30,786 bases of DNA, taken from contig JBFGZE010000032.1 of the NCBI GenBank assembly GCA_041586955.1, positions 1 to 30,786 on the forward strand, given 5' to 3'. The notes under the pieces were generated by a model. The model saw only the letters and a program-made list of their open reading frames with translations. It was not told the DNA's origin and ran no database searches. Both the position numbers and the translations under genes were made by a program. This DNA comes from Bacteriovoracaceae bacterium (GTDB taxonomy: Bacteria > Bdellovibrionota > Bacteriovoracia > Bacteriovoracales > Bacteriovoracaceae). Within the stretch, counting starts at the first letter, position 1. The number at the start of each line of letters is the position of its first letter. Positions 10,156 to 19,174 of this stretch are shown here, piece by piece.

Positions 10156-11993
10156 AAACCTTCCCTACAATCTTTGACAATCTTGAGCATTTTTTTATAG
10201 AGCCTTTTATCTTTAGAGCTTTCAAAGCGATCATTATTTTTTTTCCTTTTACTATCTGGACGGAGATTTTGATACTCAGTAAACTCTTTTAGAATTGAAT
10301 ATAGTTGATCGGAATTTAATTTCGGTTTTTGAGCTAAAATTTTATCAATAATTTTTGTAATGGAATCCCCTGTTACCCGATCATACTTATTAATGACAGA
10401 AGAGCGCATTGTTATTTCGAGCAAGACTTCTTCTATTTTATAATTTTGGTCTCCCATTATATGGTGAATGATCTTCTTATAAAGTTGTTGGAAATTTGTT
10501 ATCATTTTTTGGCGATATGGCGTGATACCGACATCTTCCTCTTGAGCATAATTTGATTTTATAATCTCAATAAATTCTCTCGCCTCTATGTCTTCTCCAC
10601 TGACCAAGTAAAGCTGTGGTAATTCTCTTAAAATATCACGCATGCAAAAAACAGCGTCCCACGTAATGCCATCAGGAACGGCAGTCAGTCCGACACTTGA
10701 CTTGGTTCTTTCAAAATAGGAGAAAACCTTTTTAAAGTCAGTAATAATCGCTTTATGGTTTTTGATAAAAGATGGAATCCATTCTTCTCTAAGCCCAACT
10801 TTATAAAGTAAATTATGTAATTTTTGATGATTAAAAATCTCTTCAAATTTTTCCATCGACTGATGCTTATTAAATGTCTTAACCGGCTTTTTCTCCCCTG
10901 TGATAAGGAAGTCAATCATTTGAACAAAGGTTTGAGCGGTGTACTTCGCCTTCTTCTTTTGTTCGGAAATACTTGTGGAATATCGCTCGACATCATCATA
11001 CCGATATTCACTATGGTAAAGCCCAAATTGGCGTATGGATCCATAATCAATAATACCCCCATCCATTAAGATATTATCGCCATCCCAATCCATCCAGCAA
11101 AAAATATATTCATCTTCAAGACGAGCTGCTAGCTTTGCGAAGATCGCTATTTCTTGATCTCGAAAGTATTCTAATCGCTTATTTCCTTTTTGAGGTATAT
11201 CTTTCCAAGCACCGTTCATTTCCTGACGGTTGCTATGATACTCAACCATCTCCCTGAGAGCTTTAAGATTATTTTGTTTGAGGTGATTAAAGAAATGACT
11301 GGGCCTTAATAAATTAGAATGAACTCGAATATTAATTGAAATGCCCTTTTTAAAGGTAATAATCCCCAGGCATCTTTCAGTTGCCAATAAATTCTTATGA
11401 AAAATTTCGCTAAAAAATAAGGTCGCCAGCCCCTCATCCACTTCTGAATATCCACAACCATAGCTAATCGTCGGATCACCAGTTTGAAAAAATTTATTTT
11501 TAATATGCGTGGCAGGTGATAATTGAGTGGCCCCAGTTCCGCAACTGGATATATCATAGGTCACACCCTTATGCCTGATTTGACCATTCCAAATACTGCG
11601 TCCATCGCCAGAAGTTTTCCCCTGCTTATTGGGATGTTGTAACTGCAGGTAACGAGTCGCCATATAAGTATTTGGAAGAATATCCTCGTCGGGATACTCG
11701 ATATCATTTAAAAGATCATATTCATTAATAATAATGAGAGAGAAAGTTTCAAGGATTTTTTGCTCTAATTCGGGATTCATTTCGAGTGGGTGATTCGAAG
11801 GAATCAGACCAATTTCTTTGGCCAATTCGAAATTAAAGGCGGTCACTTTACCGCCTTTTCTTTTCCGCGCATGATAATCGATATGAGAGGCGTCACAGGC
11901 CTGTTTCAGTGGATGCTTACCATTGATTTTATCAAACTTGGTATATGATTGCTCATTTAATGCTCTTTTTGGAGTTTGTTTTGGCTTTCCCAT
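10152..11993 (-). CDS. Divergent SelO/YdiU-like protein (AMPylase pseudokinase fold) with C-terminal extension
   Basis: SGDGRS, ATERCL, LRPSHF, GDNILM..IIDYG, ERYS motifs colinear with YdiU/SelO. Confidence 0.8.
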   Translation of the reverse strand: MGKPKQTPKRALNEQSYTKFDKINGKHPLKQACDASHIDYHARKRKGGKVTAFNFELAKEIGLIPSNHPLEMNPELEQKILETFSLIIINEYDLLNDIEYPDEDILPNTYMATRYLQLQHPNKQGKTSGDGRSIWNGQIRHKGVTYDISSCGTGATQLSPATHIKNKFFQTGDPTISYGCGYSEVDEGLATLFFSEIFHKNLLATERCLGIITFKKGISINIRVHSNLLRPSHFFNHLKQNNLKALREMVEYHSNRQEMNGAWKDIPQKGNKRLEYFRDQEIAIFAKLAARLEDEYIFCWMDWDGDNILMDGGIIDYGSIRQFGLYHSEYRYDDVERYSTSISEQKKKAKYTAQTFVQMIDFLITGEKKPVKTFNKHQSMEKFEEIFNHQKLHNLLYKVGLREEWIPSFIKNHKAIITDFKKVFSYFERTKSSVGLTAVPDGITWDAVFCMRDILRELPQLYLVSGEDIEAREFIEIIKSNYAQEEDVGITPYRQKMITNFQQLYKKIIHHIMGDQNYKIEEVLLEITMRSSVINKYDRVTGDSITKIIDKILAQKPKLNSDQLYSILKEFTEYQNLRPDSKRKKNNDRFESSKDKRLYKKMLKIVKDCREGL

Positions 11994-12075
11994 ACATTAA
12001 TATATTAACAAAATGAGGGCATTACACTACACTATCCCTTTCCTGGTAGTTTTTTCCTGAGTAAAAGAGGTGTGT

Positions 12076-13137
12076 ATGGCAAAGGCCATTTGGGGTGATG
12101 AGGCGACTCAATATTTTTATCAATTAACACCCGAAAAGATCCTCAATTATCTCGACACGTTAGGTTTGGAAACAACAGGCCGCTGCCTAGTCATGAATAG
12201 TATGGAAAACAGGGTCTACGAAATAGAGATCACTAATCCTCAAAGATTTGGTCTGGAAAGCTACCCCAGTGTCATCGCTAAATTTTATCGCCCTGGGCGT
12301 TGGTCCAAAAAGCAAATTGAAGATGAGCATCTTTTCTTATGGCAATTAAAAGACCTTGAAATCCCAGTTATTGCTCCCCTTAAGATCGACGGGCAAACTC
12401 TTTTTACACTCCCTGACCCCCAAGTTTACTTTACTCTCTTTCCCCGCAAAGGCGGTCGCTCCCCTTCGGAATTAAGTGAAGATCGTTGGCTCCAATTAGG
12501 TCGCTTGATAGGACGAATTCATAATATTGGTTCTTCTCACCCCTTCTCTTCTCGCTTGACTCTTAATCCCTATACCCTCGGTCAGGCCAATTTTCATTTA
12601 TTAGAAAAGTCAGACCTCATCCCAATGGGACAAAAAAGTACTTACCTTAGAGCGGTAGAGGACACGCTTCCTCTTATTAAAAAGTTATTTGATACCATTA
12701 ATCCCACTATGATTCGGGTTCATGGTGATTGTCATTTGGGAAATATTCTCTTTCGAGAAGACTCGGGATTTATGCTTATCGATTTTGATGACTGTCTCCA
12801 AGGCCCTGCGGTTCAAGATATTTGGCTTTGTCTTCCTGGTCGAGGGCCAGAGGATATTGCCAAACGCAATGCCCTTATTGAAGGCTATGAAATGATGTTT
12901 CCCTTCGCCATGGGCCAGATTAAATTGATTGAGGCCTTAAGAACCTTACGGCTTATTCATTATAGTGCATGGGTTAATAAACGATTTGATGACCCCTACT
13001 TCAATCAGGTCTTTCAATATTTCAAAGAAGATAGCTATTGGATGGAACAGACTTATATTCTTATTGAACAAAAGCGACTTATGGAGCAAGCTCTTGGAGA
13101 ATCACCTTGGGATTCAGATCCTTACGGTGCATATTAA
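12076..13137 (+). CDS. srkA: Stress-response Ser/Thr protein kinase SrkA (RdoA/YihE)
   Basis: MNSMENRVYEI, AKFYRPGRWS, HGDCHLGNIL, IDFDD, GPAVQD, IEALRTLRLIHYSAW. ATG 12076 preceded by AGAGG. Confidence 0.93.
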   Translation: MAKAIWGDEATQYFYQLTPEKILNYLDTLGLETTGRCLVMNSMENRVYEIEITNPQRFGLESYPSVIAKFYRPGRWSKKQIEDEHLFLWQLKDLEIPVIAPLKIDGQTLFTLPDPQVYFTLFPRKGGRSPSELSEDRWLQLGRLIGRIHNIGSSHPFSSRLTLNPYTLGQANFHLLEKSDLIPMGQKSTYLRAVEDTLPLIKKLFDTINPTMIRVHGDCHLGNILFREDSGFMLIDFDDCLQGPAVQDIWLCLPGRGPEDIAKRNALIEGYEMMFPFAMGQIKLIEALRTLRLIHYSAWVNKRFDDPYFNQVFQYFKEDSYWMEQTYILIEQKRLMEQALGESPWDSDPYGAY

Positions 13138-14095
13138 CCACTACCAACATGCCATTTAATTGTTCCTCGTTCTTGAGCGAACAGGTCAGTCCTTGAGTCT
13201 TCATCAATTGATCAAGCAGTAATCTTTGATCGTTAAATAGGCCCGATTCTCGGGTAGTTAAACAACCAGAGGTCGGATAAAAAGGATAAAATGGGGCCTT
13301 AGTATTTTCAGTCACTCTTAAAGTACCATGGATCCGCAAAAGAGAGCGTCCCAATTGCTGCGCCAATAGAGCTTCGCGCCACCAATTATTATTCCATACA
13401 GAAGAAGGTAAAATGGTCTTATAGTCATTCTCACTGAAGTCATTATAATCGACAATTAAGCGCCGATAATCACCAAAGATTTCTCGTTTATTCACCTGCG
13501 GCATAACACCGTTGATATAAAAAATTCCCTGAGGGGTATCGCCTAGCGCCTGATACCACTTAAGTCCTCGGCGAGAAAGTCCAAGGACAGGCAATGTCCA
13601 AGGGCTGGTATCTTCCATGACCAAGCGACCTTCCTGATTTTGTAAAATGAATAAACCTGGATGCTCCCTCGACTCACTTAAAAGCGCATATAAAGTCCAA
13701 GGCCGGTTACGGTGAAGAGTACTGGTAAATAATTCTCTCAATTCCTGTAAAGAAAGAAGACTGGACCCTTTCATTTGAGGAGCGAGAAGATCCTCCCCCG
13801 CTTGATAATGAATCGGCAATAGCTCAATCCCCGTCTTCTCTAAAAGAGATTTAAAAGCGAAGATTTGAAATTGTCCTAATGGGTTTTCACTCGCCAATTT
13901 TAAAAGAGACTCTTGCCAAGCATTAGCGGGAATTTTGAGTTCATGAGATAATAGAATATATTGAATATGAGAGAGAATATCTTTTTTATGGTGTGATTGT
14001 GTTACTAAGTAATCACGGGCCTTTTGTTGGCAATCATCTAAAGATTCTAGGTTCCAAATTTCTTCAAAACAATGTTCGATTGAGCGAAAAGTCAT
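13079..14095 (-). CDS. Hypothetical protein with YkuD/L,D-transpeptidase-like catalytic motif
   Basis: GDTPQGIFYI, LRIHG...PTSGCL match TPxG / HG-x(n)-[ST]xGC. ATG abuts the upstream TAA; the 3' end overlaps srkA convergently by 59 nt. Confidence 0.7.
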   Translation of the reverse strand: MTFRSIEHCFEEIWNLESLDDCQQKARDYLVTQSHHKKDILSHIQYILLSHELKIPANAWQESLLKLASENPLGQFQIFAFKSLLEKTGIELLPIHYQAGEDLLAPQMKGSSLLSLQELRELFTSTLHRNRPWTLYALLSESREHPGLFILQNQEGRLVMEDTSPWTLPVLGLSRRGLKWYQALGDTPQGIFYINGVMPQVNKREIFGDYRRLIVDYNDFSENDYKTILPSSVWNNNWWREALLAQQLGRSLLRIHGTLRVTENTKAPFYPFYPTSGCLTTRESGLFNDQRLLLDQLMKTQGLTCSLKNEEQLNGMLVVVNMHRKDLNPKVILQELAP

Positions 14096-14440
14096 TTAAT
14101 TCGCCGATTCCTTCAGGCATTCAATACAAATTTGCCCTTCAGGTATAATTTTGAGTCGGGCCCAAGGGACCTCTTCATCACATTCTAAACACATTCCAAA
14201 ACTATCGTCGTTAATTCGTTGTAAAGCATTATTAAGACGATCTAATCGTAATTGAGCTTGTTTCATCGTGGCCAACAAAACTTCTCGTTCACTAATGGCC
14301 TCCATACGAGTGAGGCGACCAATCGCCTCACTTGGAGGTATAGGTTTAGTCCTCTCCTTCAAAGAAGCGCACTCCTCAGTTAATGATTGAATCAAATCTT
14401 CAATAATTAATTTAAGCTCGGCCTTCTTCTCTGGAGACAT
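14096..14440 (-). CDS. DksA/TraR family C4 zinc-finger protein
   Basis: ALQRI..FGMCLECDEEVPWARLKIIPEGQICIEC. Confidence 0.9.
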   Translation of the reverse strand: MSPEKKAELKLIIEDLIQSLTEECASLKERTKPIPPSEAIGRLTRMEAISEREVLLATMKQAQLRLDRLNNALQRINDDSFGMCLECDEEVPWARLKIIPEGQICIECLKESAN

Positions 14441-14452
14441 ACATAACCTTTT

Positions 14453-14935
14453 TTAATGGTGGTGACCACCAGGCCCATGGGCATGCCCATGCTCTAATTC
14501 TTCGGCAGATGCGTCTCTTACCTCTACAACTTCAACATCAAAATGAAGCTCTTGACCAGCAAGTGGATGGTTTCCATCGAGAGTTATATCATTACCTGCA
14601 ATGGCAGTAACAACAACAATCATTGGTCCAACTTCTGTATCAACTTCTAAGAACATCCCTTCTTCGATATTATCAACGCCCTGAAATTTGTCTTTTTCAA
14701 CTGTTTGAACAAGGTTTTCGTCGCGTACACCATAGCCTTCTTCGGGAGTAATAACGAGGTTGAACTTATCACCAACAGCTTTATCAGCTAATGCTTTTTC
14801 CATACCTGGAACAAGGGCACCTCGGCCAAAAAGAAAGACAAGGGGATCTTGACCTTCGGAACTATCGATAAGCTCGCCTTTGGGACTTTTTAAAGAATAG
14901 TGAATACCCACTACACAATCGTTTGCAATTTTCAT
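14453..14935 (-). CDS. slyD: FKBP-type peptidyl-prolyl isomerase SlyD
   Basis: VVGIHYSL, LVPGMEKAL, PEEGYG, DGNHPLAGQELHFDVEV, His-rich tail HGHAHGPGGHHH. Confidence 0.95.
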   Translation of the reverse strand: MKIANDCVVGIHYSLKSPKGELIDSSEGQDPLVFLFGRGALVPGMEKALADKAVGDKFNLVITPEEGYGVRDENLVQTVEKDKFQGVDNIEEGMFLEVDTEVGPMIVVVTAIAGNDITLDGNHPLAGQELHFDVEVVEVRDASAEELEHGHAHGPGGHHH

Positions 14936-15615
14936 ACTTGAGCTCCTTGATTGCCCGTAAATTTAGTTTGAAATTTATGTATTAATTGAGGTTCAATGCT
15001 GTCTCTTCCCTCAATATAATTTTTTAAATCTATAATGCTATCTTGGCCCCAGAAAGTTTCTGCGGACTTTTCATTTTTAAAAACAACGAAACTAGGGACT
15101 CCAAATAAATCAAAGCCCACTGCGTCTTTAATATTAATTTTAATTGCTTTACGTGCCTCTTTTTCATCTGAGGCGGTAAATATAGTGTCGGCATCCAACC
15201 CTAAATCTTGTATCACTTGAAAAAGAAAGTCAGGGTTTTCTAAATCTTTCTCATGCGCCCAGGCCTGGTCAAAAAAGGTGCTTATCACTCGCAGTTGGTA
15301 CTCACCGCTAACTATAGGTAAGGCCAGGCGCAAGGCCTGCAGAGAATTAAAAGGCAACTTTGGGGGGACACCAAAAGGGATTCCCAAACGATGGGCATTT
15401 CTTAAACAAGATTTAAAAAGATAAAGTCTTTTAGGAGGAATTTCCGCGGGGCCCATCGTTGGATAGCGTTTAATCACTTTCGCCATTGGCACCGGGCGGA
15501 AACGAAAGGTCACGCCATGCTCTTGCCAAAAATTCTCCTGCTCTAAGGCCTTAAAGGCCAAATAAGAAAAAGGTGACAAAAAATCAAAAAAGAAGTCAAT
15601 GCTAGTGCTTAACAA
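14932..15615 (-). CDS. 2-hydroxychromene-2-carboxylate isomerase / GST-kappa (DsbA-like) family protein
   Basis: IDFFFDFLSPFSY, PFNSLQALR, FGVPSF, FWGQD. TTG start with GGAG upstream; stop overlaps the slyD ATG. Confidence 0.88.
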   Translation of the reverse strand: MLSTSIDFFFDFLSPFSYLAFKALEQENFWQEHGVTFRFRPVPMAKVIKRYPTMGPAEIPPKRLYLFKSCLRNAHRLGIPFGVPPKLPFNSLQALRLALPIVSGEYQLRVISTFFDQAWAHEKDLENPDFLFQVIQDLGLDADTIFTASDEKEARKAIKINIKDAVGFDLFGVPSFVVFKNEKSAETFWGQDSIIDLKNYIEGRDSIEPQLIHKFQTKFTGNQGAQV

Positions 15616-15638
15616 TCAATATCTCCAGCTGAGCTGAT

Positions 15639-15815
15639 CTAAGATGCTTGAATAACGAGAAAAATGGTAGTGATAATGATCATCGCAAAGACCAAATAAA
15701 TTTGTAATCGGCCCATCTTGCGAGCTTCCTTGCGCTCACCTGGCGATGCCTGATTTTTATGGTCCAACTTTCGCTTTTGGTACCATTTTTTATTTTTTCT
15801 TTTTTTCTTGTCCAA
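15639..15815 (-). CDS. Small (58 aa) basic tail-anchored membrane protein, absent from the ORF track
   Basis: TTG start with GAGG/AGGA upstream. MDKKKRKNKKWYQKRKLDHKNQASPGERKEARKMGRLQIYLVFAMIIITTIFLVIQAS*. Fills the gap at the head of the operon. Confidence 0.65.
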   Translation of the reverse strand: MDKKKRKNKKWYQKRKLDHKNQASPGERKEARKMGRLQIYLVFAMIIITTIFLVIQAS

Positions 15816-15886
15816 TTCCTATAATCCTCACTAAAATTTATTCAATTATAATAAAGCATTTAAATCCCGTCAAAATTAGATTCATT

Positions 15887-16453
15887 ATGATACGATCTGC
15901 TATTACTTTCATTCTTTCCTTTATATCACAATTATATGCTAATTGCCTTTATGCTCCTCCCTTACACCCACTTCAGGAGGGACGCATCATCCAGGGATTT
16001 AATGGTGCACACAGCCACAAACAAAGATTGGCCTATGGTGTTGACATCGATTTACCTGAAGGTAGCTTTATCTACGCCGCCCGCGGAGGAAAAGTATTGG
16101 CGATAAAAGAGGATTTTAAACTGGGCGGGCCCTCTCCGCGATTCCGTCCGTTTGCCAATATTATTATTATTGAACATAAGGATGGCAGTCATGGACTTTA
16201 CGCTCATTTGCAATATTTAGGCGTCTTGGTGAAAAAAGGAGATCTTGTTAAACGCAATCAGCTAATAGGACTTTCCGGCTGCACTGGTCAGTGTGATGGG
16301 CCCCATCTTCACTTTGAAATCTATCGAGGCCCAAACCTTAAAAGTCGCCAAACATTAGAGTTTCAATTTTTAACAAATAAAGGAGCTCTTCGCCCCCAGA
16401 AAGGTTTAACACTTACAGGTTATGCCACAGAGGACTCTCGATTATGTCCCTGA
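15887..16453 (+). CDS. Secreted M23 family metallopeptidase (peptidoglycan endopeptidase-like)
   Basis: H...GVDID, IYAARGGKV, YAHL, GDLVKRNQLIG, GPHLHFE. ATG 15887 gives a signal peptide (MIRSAITFILSFISQLYA); the 15746 start would overlap the opposite-strand small ORF. Confidence 0.88.
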   Translation: MIRSAITFILSFISQLYANCLYAPPLHPLQEGRIIQGFNGAHSHKQRLAYGVDIDLPEGSFIYAARGGKVLAIKEDFKLGGPSPRFRPFANIIIIEHKDGSHGLYAHLQYLGVLVKKGDLVKRNQLIGLSGCTGQCDGPHLHFEIYRGPNLKSRQTLEFQFLTNKGALRPQKGLTLTGYATEDSRLCP

Positions 16454-18927
16454 AGGCTTCTTAAAAGAACCTGCACACCCTTCTCTAGTTCTTCAAGGGT
16501 AATATAGGCATGAGAAAAATTACCAAATTCGGCCATTTTCTGCAGCGAGATCGCTAAATCCAAAAGATCATCGACAAAAAAGTTAGCGAGTACACCATAA
16601 AGGCCATAACTTAATTCTAGTAAACGATTGGCATCTTCCTTTAATACTGCCAAGCGAATATCTTTCAACACTTGTGGGCAAAAGCGGATAAACTCATCTA
16701 TAACATGATAAAGCGCCACTTCCTGGCCTCGAAATTCATGAAATAATAATTCCAAACTTTTTTTATAATTTTCACTTCTTTTAAAATTGCCCGGAGCAAA
16801 CGAGGTCGGAGCAGAAATTCGCCCTTGATTATCACCAAGTACCTGTAATTCGCGATACTTTCCAAGTCCGATACTAAAAAAGCTGACAGTTCCTGTACGG
16901 GGAATAGACTTAATTCCCAACTCTCCTTGCATCGACTCTATCAGGGATTTTGATTCTAATAATAATTGCTCCGCCTTTGTTAATTTTGAATCATCAGTCA
17001 GTAAATGGTAGTCAAGAATACTTATTAATTTTTGAGATTCTGTACTTGAAAGTGCAGAATCATCTTTCACAAAGAAGACAAATTTTTTACGCCCTCGTAT
17101 CATGCCCTCTGCTTTAATAATAAGATTTATTGTTGCAACACCTTGTCTCTCAAGTGAAATTTGCAGAATACGGTCGAGACAATAAATAATTTTTCCGATA
17201 TCACCCCATAAACTAATGTTATCGTAATGAGGCTCTTCAACTAGAAACTTGATCCCCTTGCATTGACAAAGAGTTCGAAAGTCGTTGATTAAAGTCTGTA
17301 GATGGTCTGCTATATTAAATGGGTAATTCTCATTAATTAATAAACTAGATTTTTTCAAATATTTTTGGTTGATATCAATAAGCTCTTTCTTTACTTTTTG
17401 GAAATCATTTTCAAAATCTTCTGTTTCTAATCGATTAGTATCTCGGTTAATAAATTTGCCGGCCATCCCCTCGAATGATTTATTCAAATAATTATGAATG
17501 GTAGAGAAGAATTCCATGCGTAAACGATTGGACAATTTCTGCGCCATTTGCGCTGTTGCCAATTGATTAGAAATTTCTGCTTTTTCAGAATAATCAGTGC
17601 AAGTTAATAAAATGGCATATTTACCATAGAGTTCAATTGTATGAAGATTAATATTAACAATAATTTCAGTGCTATCGAGACATTTCAATAACCATTCTGT
17701 TTTATATTCCCCCTCTACTTGAACTTTTTTGAGGATGGTTTTTAATTTCTCCCCGGAAGTTTGCCCATCTAATTGCTGCTTAGGTGTAAAAATACTAATA
17801 TCTAATCCCGCTACTTGGCCCTTACTTCCGGCCTTCAGGAGATCAACACCCTTCTTATTAATATTATGAATTTTTCCATCGAAAATAATCATACAGGCCT
17901 CATTAGATGATTCAAATAATTTATGAAAACGATCCTGCGCCGACTTATAAAGGGTTATATTGCTAATTTTCCCTGAAATAGTTTTGCGATCTTCATCGTA
18001 AGAACCAGAAAAACGAATCCATTTATGACGAGAACTATCGGTCTTAATATGTAATTGAATATCAATACCAACGCCATCCTTCACAGATTGACTTAAGGCA
18101 GTTTTTAACTCCTTTCGACTTTGGGAAAAAAGCATCTTATAAATAAAGTTGAGATCAATTTGTTTTTCTTTCTCAATTTCAAATAATTGATAGACATAGG
18201 GGGACCAATAGATTTCTTTACTTTCCACCTTAATTTCCCACAAACCAATATGAGCGTCAGTATGAATAAGATCTAATTGGTTTTTATAATATTCTTTGCG
18301 ATTTAATTCTTGGTCAAGATCTTCACCCAACTTTCGAAACCGAGGTCTCAATAAGAAGCATAAAATAAAACAACATTCCAAAAATAATGTTATTGTCAAT
18401 CCTGCTAGAGCAAGACAAGACTTTCGAACCATAAAAAAAGTCTGCCGTCGCAAATGTGTAATGCTTGCATCAAGATCATTAAGGGAGTCCGGAATAAAAT
18501 TAAGTAATTTCGTTTGTCGATTCACATTATAATTGGGGTTGGCCGACAATGCCTTAAATTGGTTCGATAAATGCCCTAATGTTTCGAGATAATTTCGATT
18601 TTTAAAAAATAAATTATCCTGCCAGATGGAACTGAAAGCAATCAGGCCCTGACTCGAGTTTTTGATCAAAGCAAGATTCTTTTCAATTAGAGCGACATCC
18701 GAATAAAACTTTTTTGTTCGAAGACCGTTACCTTCTAAAAGTAGCTTATAAGCAGAATGTGAATTTGATTGAAAGTGATCAAATTGAGTTCTTAACTGAG
18801 TTAAGGAATAGATATCGTGTGCAAAAATAAGCACGAATCCCAATTGGGCCACTAGAGTCAATGCCCAGGGAATGTCTTTCCACTGCCAAAAAGAAGCCTT
18901 TTTGCAGCTAGAGACTTGTTGGCCCAT
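16420..18927 (-). CDS. Membrane PAS-PAS hybrid-sensor-like protein with degenerate HisKA/HATPase and HPt domains
   Basis: Two TM segments around a periplasmic helical region. PAS motifs IGLWE...YWSPYVYQLFE...KWIR and FHKLFESSNEA...EWLLKCLD. GD...MQGELGIKS...GTVSFF (ATPase remnant). C-terminal HPt-like helices. GAGGAGG RBS. Confidence 0.82.
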   Translation of the reverse strand: MGQQVSSCKKASFWQWKDIPWALTLVAQLGFVLIFAHDIYSLTQLRTQFDHFQSNSHSAYKLLLEGNGLRTKKFYSDVALIEKNLALIKNSSQGLIAFSSIWQDNLFFKNRNYLETLGHLSNQFKALSANPNYNVNRQTKLLNFIPDSLNDLDASITHLRRQTFFMVRKSCLALAGLTITLFLECCFILCFLLRPRFRKLGEDLDQELNRKEYYKNQLDLIHTDAHIGLWEIKVESKEIYWSPYVYQLFEIEKEKQIDLNFIYKMLFSQSRKELKTALSQSVKDGVGIDIQLHIKTDSSRHKWIRFSGSYDEDRKTISGKISNITLYKSAQDRFHKLFESSNEACMIIFDGKIHNINKKGVDLLKAGSKGQVAGLDISIFTPKQQLDGQTSGEKLKTILKKVQVEGEYKTEWLLKCLDSTEIIVNINLHTIELYGKYAILLTCTDYSEKAEISNQLATAQMAQKLSNRLRMEFFSTIHNYLNKSFEGMAGKFINRDTNRLETEDFENDFQKVKKELIDINQKYLKKSSLLINENYPFNIADHLQTLINDFRTLCQCKGIKFLVEEPHYDNISLWGDIGKIIYCLDRILQISLERQGVATINLIIKAEGMIRGRKKFVFFVKDDSALSSTESQKLISILDYHLLTDDSKLTKAEQLLLESKSLIESMQGELGIKSIPRTGTVSFFSIGLGKYRELQVLGDNQGRISAPTSFAPGNFKRSENYKKSLELLFHEFRGQEVALYHVIDEFIRFCPQVLKDIRLAVLKEDANRLLELSYGLYGVLANFFVDDLLDLAISLQKMAEFGNFSHAYITLEELEKGVQVLLRSLQGHNRESSVA

Positions 18928-18948
18928 GTTTTATTCCTCCTCAGTCTC

Positions 18949-18976
18949 TTGTCGGTGCTGAGGGCGAATTACTTGA
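18949..18976 (-). promoter_or_regulatory. Putative sigma-28/FliA-type promoter (TCAA-N16-ACCGACAA)
   Basis: Minus strand reads CTCAAGTAATTCGCCCTCAGCACCGACAAGAGACTGAGGAGGAATAAAACATG. Confidence 0.55.
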
Positions 18977-19174
18977 GTTGGTGGCCCTGGACTAAATTAT
19001 CAAACTACTTGATAATTGGTAAATGAAAAGAAACAGTGGGGCCATAAGAAGTACTTTTAATTACACAGAAGTTAATAATTTAAAAAAGGAAAAATCTGAT
19101 GTGAAGGGCCTAAAACGCTCCGGTATCGTAGCTGCTTAAGGCGAATTAGACAAATACCTACATAAATCATCAAA

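Noticed and set aside
3447..19013. Shared TACTTGA core (taagtacttgaaa near 3447; aactacttgata near 19003) upstream of two sigma-28-like promoters
   Set aside because: Short AT-rich match at inconsistent distances; cannot be told from chance without a genome-wide count.
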